Assembly: GCF_018350175.1 (NCBI RefSeq)
Contig: NC_058368.1
Span: 18,664,001-18,728,000 of the forward strand
DNA: 64,000 nt
Source of the DNA: Felis catus
Taxonomy: Eukaryota
Reading direction: 5' to 3'
Notes under the pieces: model-generated
The model's database searches: none
The model's input: only the letters and a program-made list of their open reading frames with translations
What the model was told of the DNA's origin: nothing
Program-made: the position numbers and the translations under genes
Part shown: positions 12,586 through 24,249 of the stretch, piece after piece
Position numbering within the stretch: the stretch's first letter is position 1
Layout: each line of letters opens with the position of its first letter

Positions 12586-13030
12586 GTATCGGTTAAGATT
12601 AGGTTGGCTGCAATTCAGCTTATAGATCCCAAATAGTAGTGGCTTCAAAAAGGTAGAAGTTTATTCCTCTCTCATGTGAAAGTCCAGAGGTAAACAGTCC
12701 AGGGGTTTGAGGACTCTGTGCTCCATGTGGCCCCCAAGCACCCATGTGCTTCCCGCTCACCATCCTGCCAGGTCTGCTCATCTTCCAAGATGGCAGCCAT
12801 CACCTCAAGTTCCAGGCAGCAGAATAGCAGACAGAAGAAAGGACAAGGGGCACAAGCTGGCTGGCTTGTTGGGAAGTTTCCAGAAAACCCCACAGGACTT
12901 TTTCACTCAGACTTTGCTTGCCAGAACCTAGTTACATGGTTATGTAACTGCTGCAAGGAATGCCGGGTGGCTGTGGGGATTCTGGAAAAAGGGAAACTAG
13001 ATTTAGGGGAACAACTACCTGTCTCTGCAA
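12586..13030 (-). mobile_element. MaLR solo LTR (MLT1J-like)
   Basis: TGTATCGGTTAAGATTAGGTTGGCTGC...AGTGGCTT...CAAGATGGCAGCC...GGGGAACAACTACCTGTCTCTGC. Confidence 0.8.
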
Positions 13031-13099
13031 AAGGCCTCAATGTTCATTCGAAAACTTATTTCCTATTTCCTTATTTCCTCTGCCTGAACTTAAGAACAA

Positions 13100-13250
13100 C
13101 CAAACCTTTATATAAATCTATGTGCCAGGCACTGTTATAAGTGCTTTGCGTACATATAACCGACTTAAACCTTACGCTAGTCCGATGAGGCAAGTACCAT
13201 TATTATCCCCCATTTTATAGGTGGGGAAGCTAAGAACCAGAGCGATTAAG
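13100..13250 (-). mobile_element. MIR
   Basis: CTATGTGCCAGGCACTG...ATTATCCCCCATTTTATAG core. Confidence 0.85.
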
Positions 13251-13439
13251 AAGTCCAGATTCTCAAAACTTCTTGGGAATCAGCACGGTGGGAAGCTCAT
13301 TAAAATGTAGAATTGCATGTTCTACACTAAGATGAAACTACTGGAAAAAAAAATTGAGGACTAGGAAGAAGACCAAAAGTGGAACTCTGGGAACCAGCAG
13401 CGACATTTATGGGACAGCTGTAGGAAGCAACTGACCTCA

Positions 13440-13605
13440 AGACTTAATGTATTGAGAGGTGACAGGGTGCTGCCTCGGAGGTTCAAGGGAAGAGGTCACG
13501 TCAGCCGGGCCAGGAAAGGTATTGGGAAGTATTTGCTGGCATTGGCAATTAGGAAGTCACTGACGACCTTGGTGAGAAGCGTTTTAGTGGCATGATGGAG
13601 GAAGA
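13440..13605 (-). mobile_element. L2 fragment
   Basis: TTGGCAATTAGGAAGTCACTGACGACCTTGGTGAGAAG is L2-like. Confidence 0.6.
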
Positions 13606-14288
13606 ATTCACGTCTTTATCCTCAAATACTTTGTAAGACCCGCCAAGGAAGCACCCTCCCCCACCTTCTTCATTGCGTGCGTTGTGCCTAGGACCAGACC
13701 TATGTATAAAAAGTGCTCATTTTGCTGACTTTGCCACCGCCGAAGAGGGTGAGGCGACACCATTCCCAAAACTGCCGTTACGAAGTCAAGAGTAAGACGG
13801 TGTGCATGTGAGATGCGATTTAGAAACGTGGAGGCAGGAGGCTCAGCCTTCGGTTTCCAGGAAGTAGGACAGGTTTCCTAGAGGAGGAGGAGGCCGGCAG
13901 ACAAGAGCGTCTTCCATTGGCAGAGATCTAGCCTTGGGATGGCCCGCGGACGGTGACCCAGTCCGCTGAGACGCAGAAGGAAACCACAGCTCTCAGATAA
14001 TACACGCAGGTGTTCCCCTTCTCTGGAGAGGCAGGGGCCAAAAACTGAAGAGATGGTTCGTGGTCACTGAGAGCCCAGACCCACCCTACATGGTGTCCCT
14101 TCATCTGCCTCCAGTCCCTTCTAGGTGGCTCCTACGGCAGCGTTCTCAGGAGTTACAGACACCCTCCTACACCTCGGTGAGAAAACACACAGTTCCTCGT
14201 GCTTGTCAGTAGTTGAGGGAGGCCTATGGAAGCGGACTCGCTCCCACAGCTCCGGGAACATCAAGCCTTCAAAAGAGGAACTACTTAC

Positions 14289-14480
14289 ACTGTCATGACC
14301 ACAGCGGTCCCTTCTACAGGATTTCTTTTTCCGAGACAGCACTGGACGGACGGGCTTGGCTCACGCCTCAGGAGAGAGGAGGGCGTCGCAAAGACACTGA
14401 CTCATCATCGTCCTGCCCTCCCTCATGCCCTCCGCAGCCTCCCCTTGCCGCACTTCCTCCTCCTCTGAAGTTAAAGGTCA
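14289..14480 (-). promoter_or_regulatory. candidate internal promoter and first exon
   Basis: CpG-enriched; DR1-like AAGTTAAAGGTCA 14468-14480, ETS/PU.1 GAGGAAGT 14452-14459 (minus), AP-1 TGACTCA 14398-14404; ends ggtcATGACAGT|GTAAGT (last exonic base 14289). Confidence 0.45.
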
Positions 14481-14509
14481 GCCTCTCATGCTCAAGCCAA
14501 GGTTTTTTA

Positions 14510-14511
<2 letters not shown>

Positions 14512-14548
<37 letters not shown>
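14512..14548. repeat. (CA)18 microsatellite
   Basis: Directly visible. Confidence 0.98.
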
Positions 14549-14550
<2 letters not shown>

Positions 14551-15247
14551 CTTCCAAGAGGGTAAATTTTTTAACGTGAAAATAAATAAGGAAAGGCACT
14601 CTCAAAAAATAAATTTAAAAATAAACAATCCTTCTCCCAAACGACTTAATAGTTACAGGATGATAAAATTTTCCGATCGCAAATGTGTAAAGAACAAAAT
14701 AAAAGGAATGAATGCCCCACTGTATTAATGGAGGTCTTTTAAAAATGACCCTAATTTCTTCCAGAAGCCTCTGTGGGGTGAATTGCAAGATTCCCCTTCA
14801 TATAGACGAATTCCAAGACTAATAGATTTGCTTGTCTTCCCATGTCTTTAGCACTAATGTGAACACAGCAACATTTTATAGTTGGCCTCCTGTACACGGC
14901 TGCTCAAAAATGCTCTCTTCCAGAAGGGCCACAATCATGCATTGTGCATTTGAAATGCCTGTTGCTAAGAGCCAACGTCAACCCCGGGACGACCCCACTC
15001 GGCAGGCCCAGCCAACTCCCACCCGGGGCCACCACAAAGAGCTTCCTACTTATGGCCCAATACCCCTGCTTCTGGTAAGAGATAAGCAGCCCATTGAACC
15101 CTCAGACCCAGGCAAGTGCCCAAGGGCTCCTGGGCGGGGCTGTTGGAGAAACTTTCAATCAAGATGTCTCTGCCTTCATTAACTTCTGCCTCCCATTCCT
15201 CATTTGTCCCAATTTAGGAATTTATGTAGCCCCTTAATAAACCAGGA

Positions 15248-15430
15248 GGAGGCTTGGGTGGCTCAACCGTTAAGCATGTGACTTCGGCTCAGGTCATGAT
15301 CTCACAGTTGGTGAGATCAAGTCCCACATCGGGTGAGCTCATGCCCCACTTAGGGGGAGCCCGAGCCCCACTTTGGTAAAAACACAAGCCCCAAGAAGCC
15401 CCACTTCTCTCTCTCTCTCTTTCTCTCTCT

Positions 15431-15471
<41 letters not shown>

Positions 15472-15560
15472 CCTTACGGGATTCTCTCTCTCTCTCTTTC
15501 TCTCTCTGCCCCCTCGCTCACTTGCGCCCTCTCTCTCCCTCTCAAAAACATAAAAGAAAC
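15248..15560 (+). mobile_element. elongated CanSINE variant
   Basis: SINE head and CT tract with extra internal GAGC/GCCCCAC segments; TSD AAACCAGGAGG on both sides. Confidence 0.9.
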
Positions 15561-16109
15561 AAACCAGGAGGCCTTCGTTGTCAAGAAGTACCTGGGTTGG
15601 ACAGCGGGAATTACAGGATGATTCCTATTTTCCGGATAAAGAAACTGGCGCCTGGAGGTTAACGGCACAGCTCATGAGTGGCAGTGAACGGAGGAAAGCC
15701 CACGGCTTCTGTATCTTACCACTGTCTGAACTTCCCTCCAGCCGCCTCGGACAAGAGGCCAACCCAATGCTCAAAACAGGGTCTGACCTGGTGACGACAG
15801 GAGCCTGAGGCGCTTTCTCTTCCCTCCAGGCATCCCCGCCCTGTGCTGCAAGGTCCCTGACCTGCACACACTGTGTTTTAGCCACTGGTCCTTTTACCTT
15901 TCCGAAACCGACATCTAACTCCGTGGCTCTGTTTCCACGACTCCTGCTTTTCCCAGCGCCAGTGACAACCTGCTTCCGATTGATTTTAACAATTTTCTCT
16001 GGAGATTTTCCAATCCTCCCACTCCCCCCCCCTCCCCGGCCAGCCAAACACCCAGGGAAAGGGATGGGCTTGGTGCTGGCTCAGTGCCTGGCAGAGGGGG
16101 ACGCACTAA

Positions 16110-16605
16110 CTGGGTAACCCCCTTCGTGGATTCAGTAATTTGCTACAATGGCTCACAGAACATTACTTATGCTTACTGACTTACTATGAAAGGATACAGC
16201 TCAGAACAGCGAGATGGAAGAGATATGTAGGGCAAAGTACGAGGGAAGGGGCAGGGAGCTTCTGGGTCCTCTCGAGGCTCACCACCACCCTCTCAGCACC
16301 TTGATGTGCTCACAGCCCAGAAGCTCGTCAAATTTCATTGTTCAAGAGTTTTTAGAGACCTTCAATCCCCAGCTCTCCTTCCATCTCCATCCCTAGTGGC
16401 TGATGGGTGGGGCTGAAAGTTCCAATGTCTTAATCATTGAGTCTTTCTGGTGATCAGCCCCATCCCAGGCTCTGTAGGGGTCTCGCCCTGAGTTACCCCG
16501 TTAGCATAAACTCAGGTATGCTCAAAAGGGTTCTTGATAAAATAACAAGGAGCTCTGTGTCCGAAACTGGGTACAAAGGCCAAATATATTTATTATCATA
16601 CCACA
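16110..16605 (-). mobile_element. ERV LTR fragment (MER21-like)
   Basis: TAATTTGCTACAATGGCTCACAGAAC...AAAGGATACA...GATGGAAGAGATATGTAGGGCAAAGTA; ends TATCATACCACA. Confidence 0.75.
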
Positions 16606-16850
16606 ACATCAGTTTCCTAAAGTTTGGTTAGTATCAGTCTGTCTCTGAAAAATCAATATGCAAAAAACAAACAAACAAACAAAAAATCAGACCAGTCCCT
16701 GAACCAGAATGAGGTCACCAAGATTGCCTTCACCTTAAGAGGCTTCATAATCACCATAGTGAAGGAAGAGTGAAACCTTTCAACTGATGTTAGTCTCTTG
16801 TCTCGTGATTTCTGATTTATTCCAACCAAGAGGACAAAGTGAGATCTCAC

Positions 16851-16942
16851 CTAGGATGAGGTGGTCTTCACAATTTTATGATCTCAACATAGACAAATTG
16901 AAGAGCTCAGCAGGAAAACACACTGCGATTCATTGGTGACGG
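16851..16942 (-). other. candidate 92-nt exon (non-coding or uORF-bearing)
   Basis: Acceptor tcatttcttcctttccgtgccctggcag|CC and donor TAG|gtgaga in unique DNA. Confidence 0.45.
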
Positions 16943-17755
16943 CTGCCAGGGCACGGAAAGGAAGAAATGACCACAAATGCCATCTATCTGCTATCCCTCC
17001 TCTCGACAACCTTTTGTCTTCATTTTCCCTGGAATGTTCAGACACCTCTTCAAAGTTGCTGATTATGGAGCACCATAAAGATCCAATCAAGAGTGCCCTC
17101 TCTCTTCAGGGGTTTCTACATCCCTTGCCATGTTGCTTCCTGGATGGTAAATGTAGGAAAAGTTACTTTTCGTCCTTCGGTTCCTACCAAGTCGATTTCT
17201 TAGTTCATAGAGAGCCCCCTGGACTATTTCAGACCCTCCAGTAGAAAACTATGATCTATCAGTTGTCTATTTACAAAACCCTGGGCACCTTCATTCCATA
17301 GCCCAGCATTCAGAGCGAGAATAAGAACATGCCATCTCAACTTTTCATTGGAGTCGTTCACGTATGCTCAAACACCTCTCCTCACAGTCTGCTTCTAAAA
17401 TTAGGCATCAGAACAAACGCCATTCCTGCCTCTGACGGGTTTGTTTGTTTTCTTATCTCACAGGTCAAGGGGACATCCTCCACTCCTGCTTCCTGACCCC
17501 CTTGTACTACCTGGAAAAAAAACCAACAACAACAACAACAACAAAACTCAAGCTTCTTATCACAGGCCAAGTTTCCTCACTGAGGGCTGTAACCCTCATG
17601 TGACCAAGGAGAAGACCAAAGTGTGCGGCAGCTTAGGGAGCAGAAAGCCTTTCAGGAACCAGTCACTAAATACAACTCAAGACCCATAGCTTAAGTCTCG
17701 GGGTGTGATTCAATCTCACTTCCCTTTCTTCCACTGATGGACCTGGAGAGCTTAC

Positions 17756-17877
17756 CTGAAACTTCTGGTCGGAGAGCCAGCTATGTGTGTGTACCATAAC
17801 AAAGAATGACATCGTTTTTGTTTTTTTTTTTTCCAGAAAGTTTGTCTCAACCCAACCTTTAGCTTCAAGAGGTCTGG
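17756..17877 (-). other. candidate 122-nt exon
   Basis: Acceptor cctttcctcttcacag|CC and donor CAG|gtaagc; contains an ATG at 17812 open to the donor. Confidence 0.4.
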
Positions 17878-19324
17878 CTGTGAAGAGGAAAGGCCAGACT
17901 ATCCAGGGAACCTAGTGTGCACTCAACACAATGACAAACGAGGCAGATGCCTTGCCCTGTATCTGTATCTAATTCTCAGAGAACAGCGACAAAAAAAGTT
18001 TCAGTGTTTTCTTTCACTTTGGCCTCTAAAGCTAGATAGTTCTACGGATGTCTCACCCTTTCTTTGTATTTCTTACTAAAGTAAGAATATCTATGCCTGT
18101 ACAGTCATGACACATCTGTAGGGTAGCCATGGTCATCACTTTATAGACGGGGACTGGAGACAAATAAGGTTTGTCTGAACACCACTTAGAAGTGTAATGA
18201 ATTAATTAACTAAGTGAATAGCAAAGGGATGATCTGACTCTGAACCTCAAAACAAACAGTTTTGAAACATGACTTGAAAATCCACAGGGGGTAATATTTC
18301 CTTTCCTTGGGGTACTAGGAACATTCCATTTCAAGCCAGTGTTCCCAATTTCATGTAACTCCTACCCCCATGAAGGTATATCATGTTAAGTCACATCATG
18401 ATATGGTCTCAATATCCAATAGACTGCAAAAAGGAAGGCATAAGAACCCCTTGCAAAATGAAGAAAACACAATTTCTGAACATAGTATGAGTAAGGATCA
18501 TCAAACTAAGGCACTAGTAAATATTCAAAAGGAACTAATATCTATCGACTGTTAACTATGAGTTAAGCATTGTGCAAGCACTCTATATAAAACATCCCAC
18601 TTAAACATGTTCATTTCTACTTCCGATGGCGTAGATTTTTTTTTTTGCATATTATCAATCTTGTAGAGTTTCAGATCCAGATACTTTGTGACACGGTCTA
18701 TGAATAGAAATGGGGAAGTACACACACAGTTGATTATTCCCTTCTTCCCTTTAAAAAATATACACTGTAAGAGCTCTCAACTGTGTAAGTTATTTTTAAA
18801 TAAACACAAACATTTGTGAAAAGGAGGAAAGCAATAAAATTTCTGTAACATCTCTAAGGCTAATGGCACCTGCGCTGTTCAGAATCATGTTTATGAGCAT
18901 TTAACACTCAGCAAATGTACAATCAGGAATTATTTAAAAATGACTCATTAGGTCGATGCGCTCCTCTTAAAATGAAATAATCTATGGATTAGTTGAAGTG
19001 TGCATGCAGAAGCTGATCGGGCTGTAGGCAGATACCTCAGATCAGAGTCCCTGAGGCCAAACAGCAATTGTTTGTTGTTGTTTTGTTTTGTTTTGTTTTG
19101 TTTTGAACACCAGACGGTAAGTGGCTCAGAGTACATGATGCCCTTACCAAGTCAAAAAACAACACTTCATTTGCAAGAAACTAGAGTACTTTTTATAAGT
19201 TTGGAAAGGAGTTCCTTAATGGAAAAATCTATTCTAGTCAATTGAAAGACACACTCTGATACTTGCCTGCTTTCTCATCAGCTTCCTCGAGTGGGAGATG
19301 CACTGACCCCATTTAAAGTGTTTA

Positions 19325-19530
19325 TAGCTAATATAACGGACACCAGGTATTACGCACATGCCATATTTTGGGTAATTAAGTAACTTAATTCTTCACAGTC
19401 TAACCTTAAGAAGTAGTATTATTCTCCCCCCACCCCGCCCGCCCCATTTTAGAGATGAGGAAATGGAGGCTCCACGAGATTAAGGAACTTGACCAACGTC
19501 ACACAGACAGAAAGTTGCAGAACTGGAATC
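19325..19530 (-). mobile_element. MIR
   Basis: CCCCATTTTAGAGATGAGGAAATGGAGGCTC core. Confidence 0.85.
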
Positions 19531-20149
19531 CTCATGCATTTTGGTCCCCAGGCCCATACCCAAACTGCGGTGGACCACCATCCATGGAGACACCTGTTGG
19601 TTCTTCGGAGCCAGTAGAGCTACAGAACAGAACGCGGGATCTCTGAGTGTGCAGCCGGAGGGTGAGTTACTTGGAGCCTGGTGGAGCCGTCTTGGGATTT
19701 GCTGGGCTGGAAAGAAGCACCCTCCTTCACAGAAGGGTGAGGTTTGTCGCAGAATGAAAGAAGTAAGCAGAACGACCAGCGAGGGAGAAGCAATGCCCCT
19801 GTTCTTTGAGCAGTTTGCAATGTGCTTCCCTACTTCTGGACACTAAGCAGCAGAGGAACCACCACCGCTAACCTCACCAGGAACACCGTCACTAGCCACC
19901 CAGCTTGTGCCACCCACGGGCACAAGCATCACCAGCTCACCACCACCTGTGTCTCTTTGGTTCACTCATTCTTTGTGGGGGTTTGTCCGATGCCCTCTTC
20001 CTTGGCTGTCTCCCACTAGTCAACAGAAAGGCAGGAAGGTTCTTATCCCAGTACGGGCGAAAAGAAATCATTGTTTCCTATGGAACACGCACTCAGTCGT
20101 TGGCAGGAGTGTGGAACTGAACTATGATGCTGATCATATACTCAGTAGT

Positions 20150-20300
20150 TAGGCCAAACTGGGATCCGAGCCCAAATCTGCCACCGCAGCACTGACATGG
20201 GACAAGTTTTTTAATGTTTCTGAGCTTGGGGCACCTTGTCTTTGAATAGGGATGACAAACTCTACATGTCACAATCATTGTAAGAGTAGATGTGAGGGAG
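20150..20300 (+). mobile_element. MIR
   Basis: GGGACAAGTTTTTTAATGTTTCTGAGCTT...TTTGAATAGGGATGAC. Confidence 0.6.
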
Positions 20301-20604
20301 GGGGTGCTGGCACCGTTCCAAGATAGCTGAGTCTGCAACTGAACCTACAGATGGCTGAGTGCAGGGCAACCTGGCGTCTCCTCTACAGCTGGCTACCCTG
20401 GAGGCTGGGTCCCTTCCTGACTCCTGCTACCTGGGAATGGAAGGACCACTGGCAAGAAAGAGTGAGAGAACCAAGAGAATGAGGCACGGGGATGACAGAG
20501 AGGGATGGGGGAGGAATTGGTCATTGAGGTGGGGGGTGGGGAGGAGGAAAGGCAAATTTCAGCAGGCCTAACATTCATTTGTGAAGGCCCAAAACCTAAA
20601 CACT

Positions 20605-21305
20605 GCTTATTTCCATCAGATACAATGCAGGAAACGTCATTTCAGGCATATCAAACAGAAGGAGATTTAATATAGGGAATTGGGTACACAAAGCCTCTGG
20701 AAGGGCTGACAGCAATGGCTCCCAGAACAGTGACGACTGATCCACCAGACCAGCTGCTTGCTATCCTGAGGCTCCTACTGAAGTTATGGGTTCCAGACCC
20801 ACTTCCATAGCTGTAACCCAGAGACCAGGAGGCTAAAGACGGCACACTGCAGTGCTGCTGCCGGGCACCTTCACCAAAAAAGCGAAAGCAAGCCAGAAAG
20901 TAAGATGGCCTCCACCTCACTTCCACCTTTCTTCATATAATTAGCAGAACCCGGGCGCCTGGGTGGCTCAGTTGGTTAAGCCTCTGACTCTTGGTTTCAG
21001 CTTAGATCATGATCTAATGGTTCCTGGGTTCAAGCCCAGGATCAGGCTCTGTGCTGGCAATGGGTAGCCTGCTTGGGATTCTCTCTCCCATTCTCTCCGC
21101 CCCTCCCCTACAAGCACTCTTTCACGCTCTCTCTCAAAATAAATAAATAAACATTAAAAAAACTTTTTTTTTTTTAATTAGCAGAACCCAATTCACATTC
21201 AGAATCCTAGCTGCAAAGGAATCTGGCATGTATTAGTGTTAGATTTCCAACGTCTGTTTGCAACTAGGAGACTGGAATAGGGATTGAGTGAGCAATCCAC
21301 AGCAA
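20605..21305 (-). mobile_element. ERVL LTR (LTR33-like) split by a SINE
   Basis: CAAACAGAAGGAGATTTAATATAGGGAATTGG and CAGAATCCTAGCTGCAAAGGAATCTGG motifs. Confidence 0.65.
20953..21174 (+). mobile_element. CanSINE
   Basis: Perfect 15-bp TSD TAATTAGCAGAACCC (20938-20952 and 21175-21189). Confidence 0.97.
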
Positions 21306-23127
21306 CCTTTGCTTTGGAGACATTTGAATTCCACAGGTTGTGACTCTGACTTTGCCCAATCTTCCTTCCCACTACCCTATCTACCTTTCAGTGTCCGGAA
21401 CCTAAGACCTTATACAATCAAGTCACTTTTTTCTTTTGTAGCTCGCTTTATCATTTTGATTAAAACAGCCTTCTTATCCCATTCCAGTCCATTTTAAAGT
21501 TTAACTAAATGTATGCCTATCTTCTCTCTTTTACATAATATGTAAATTTACCTGATTTTCAAATATGAATTTCAAGGTCTAACCAATAAACTTCTAGTTT
21601 AACTTCAGAAACTAACTTGGCACTCTGTTTATATAAACAACACTAGGCAATTTTTCTTTGGCTAGTCACACACAATAGCATTACTGACCTTCAAGTGATA
21701 TAGGGGTTGAGAACAGGGCTAGGAAATTCCTTATTTTATCATAGGATTGGTACAAAGAAAGCTTCTTTAATATCACCAGATTTATATTCTGTTCAATAAG
21801 TGGATTTGTATTCAGATTTTGTTTTTAGTGACCCAACACCTTAGCACAAGAAATACCAATAACAAAAATAAGCATATGGCTTTCATTTGATGTAGTCATG
21901 GACAGAAGGCATTTTCACACCAATTGTCCTATGCTACAATCTTTTTTTTTTTTTAATTACAGCCTAGCCTGTCTTTTGTATGTTATCTTTAATTCAGGAA
22001 ATTTTCAAACTTCTACAATAACAACTGCTTTTATTTCATTTTTAGTCCCACAAAACCAATTATTCTAAAGCAAATCCCAGAGACCATTTTTTTTAAATAT
22101 GTAAATCTAAATTGCCACTAACATACTTCTAAAAAATAACATTAATTCCTCAACATAATTAAACACTGAGCAATGTTCACATTTCCCTTTTTTAAAAGTT
22201 CTTATGATGTAGAATTTTGAACATACACCAACGTAGACAAAACATCTTCTCTATGTGTATCACCTGGGCCCATCAACCATCAACTCATGGCTAGACTGGC
22301 CCTCATCTCCCTCCAGACAGACCACTCCCCGTAACCTTATGCTTTTGCAGCAAATCTCAGACCCCATATCATTCTGTAAATATTTCAGTATGTGCTTTCA
22401 AAAAATAAAGATTCTAACATAACCACAATACCAGTATGACATGTAACAAAATAATAATTCCTGAGAGAGTGTTCAAATTTCCTCTTCTCATAAATGTCAT
22501 TGAACATTTTTATAGTTTTTAAAAATTAGGATATTAAAAAAAAACAGTATCTAAAGAAGATCCATGCATTGTAATTCACTGATGTCCTTTAAATCTCCTT
22601 GGATCTTACGGGTTCTTAATCCATCCCTCATTTTTTTTTCCTTGCAATATATCTGTTGAAGAAAATGGATTGTTTGGCCTATAAAATTCCCACAACCTGG
22701 ATTTTGGTGATTGCAGCCCTGTGGTATAGTTTAACACGTTTCTTTGTCCTCTGTATTTCCTATAAATCGGTAGTTGCATCTAGAGGCTTAATCATAATCG
22801 GGTATTTTTTGTGAAGACTATATTATGGGGTGCTATGTTCTTCCACCGAGGTTGTCTCTACTATTGCAATATTAGTAGTTCTTCATGTTCAAGGTCTAGA
22901 TCCATCAATTCATCAGTGTGTACAAAATTTTAATATTCCTCTTTCAACTATTACCTCAAACACTTCTGCAGCTAGAAACTTCCCCTCTTCCATTTGGCTA
23001 TTATATGACACCATTCATATTAGAAAGAAAGAATAGATGTTTGATTTTTTCCCTTTTTTTGCCAGGTTTCAAATAATGAGCTAACCAACTTTGGCATCCT
23101 CTGATGATGACTAATTAGTTTTTACTT

Positions 23128-23171
23128 TTAAAAAATTTTTTAAATGTTTATTTATTTATTTTGAGAGAGAA

Positions 23172-23213
<42 letters not shown>

Positions 23214-23382
23214 GTGCAAGCAGGGAAAGGGGCAGAGAGAGGGGGAGAGAGAGAATCCCAAGCCAACTCTGCCCTGTCAGTGCAGAGCCCAACTTGGGGC
23301 TCAATGTCATGAACCATGAGATCACGACCTGAGCCCAAATCAAGAGTCAGATGCTTAACCAACTGAGCCACCCAGGCTCCCC
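23128..23382 (-). mobile_element. CanSINE
   Basis: TSD TAGTTTTTACTT (23116-23127 and 23383-23394); (GA)n tract. Confidence 0.97.
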
Positions 23383-23827
23383 TAGTTTTTACTTCCTAAA
23401 GTATCATTATAAACTCATACATTTAAACATATTTCTACCCAATGCTGTGCTTACTCTTATTGATGCTCACCTTTCCCACCTCTAGCCAAGTTGGTGCTCG
23501 AGTTCTTTCTATGATGCGAGTAGTCTTCAATACCTTCCTTGCTATCCGATTCGACAAGATTTTTTTTAACTCATAATGTTTATCATGCACGGAACTGGCC
23601 AATTCTCCAAGTAACCCTGGTTCCTTTCAGTGAAGAGCAATATTAAAGCCCACAATCTGAGGTCAGTGGTGCTTATTGCTAGTGGACTGGCCTAAAGTTA
23701 CTCCAAGCTATAAATCTTTTATGTAGTTTGCTTATTTGAACTGGAATTCAGGTAAGCTTTACTATCAGTTGCTACATATATTAATTCTCTTTTTAAATTA
23801 TAGGTTGCCCCATTCATGTTTCCCACC

Positions 23828-23933
23828 TGTTGTTGTTGTTGTTGAAGAAGGAGGAGGAGGAGGAGGAGGAGGACAGAGAGGAGGAGGGAGAAGAAGGGAA
23901 GAGGAAGAGGAGGACAAGGGGGAAAAGAAGAAG
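23828..23933. repeat. (GTT)n-(GGA)n low-complexity purine tract
   Basis: Directly visible. Confidence 0.9.
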
Positions 23934-24149
23934 CAATTAGATTATTTATTCTTTAGTCTCCTATATCTGAGTTTTACTAATTACATCCCGTGGTGTCTTT
24001 TAACATATTACTCTGTTTCTTGTTTTTCTATAAATGGTCACTGGATCTAGAGGCTTGATTAGCTAAGACTTTATTGACCGTATTTTCTCCCCTACTTTTC
24101 CATTCTTTCAAGTTTTATATAACAAAAGAAATACATTTGCTTTACTTAC

Positions 24150-24249
24150 CCCACAGTCGCAAAAATTCCAGAGAGAAAGGTGGTTTTAAAAGAACCCCAC
24201 TCAATATTTATTTCTATGTGTTTCAGTATAAGTTATCTACCTTGAATTC
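24150..24249 (-). other. candidate 100-nt non-coding exon
   Basis: Acceptor ccttgttttatttttatag|GAA and donor GGG|gtaagt; stops in all three frames; no ATG. Confidence 0.55.

Larger units (their letters stand above)
21950..24065 (-). mobile_element. old L1 3' UTR fragments (L1MC-like)
   Basis: T-rich; AAGCAAATCCCAGA, TAAATATTTCAGTATGTG and ATCTAGAGGCTT motifs; boundaries approximate. Confidence 0.65.

Noticed and set aside
13705..13712. TATAAAAA box on the plus strand
   Set aside because: Short common motif with no supporting plus-strand exon structure downstream
14289..14296. Assigning a gene symbol from the Met-Thr-Val start (e.g. ZBTB38 begins MTVMSL and has many 5'-UTR exons)
   Set aside because: Three residues are not diagnostic, no downstream coding exon is in the window, and I cannot verify the exon sequences without a search
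23736..24050. ORF with poly-V/E/G runs
   Set aside because: Translation of (GTT)n/(GGA)n low-complexity DNA inside an L1 relic
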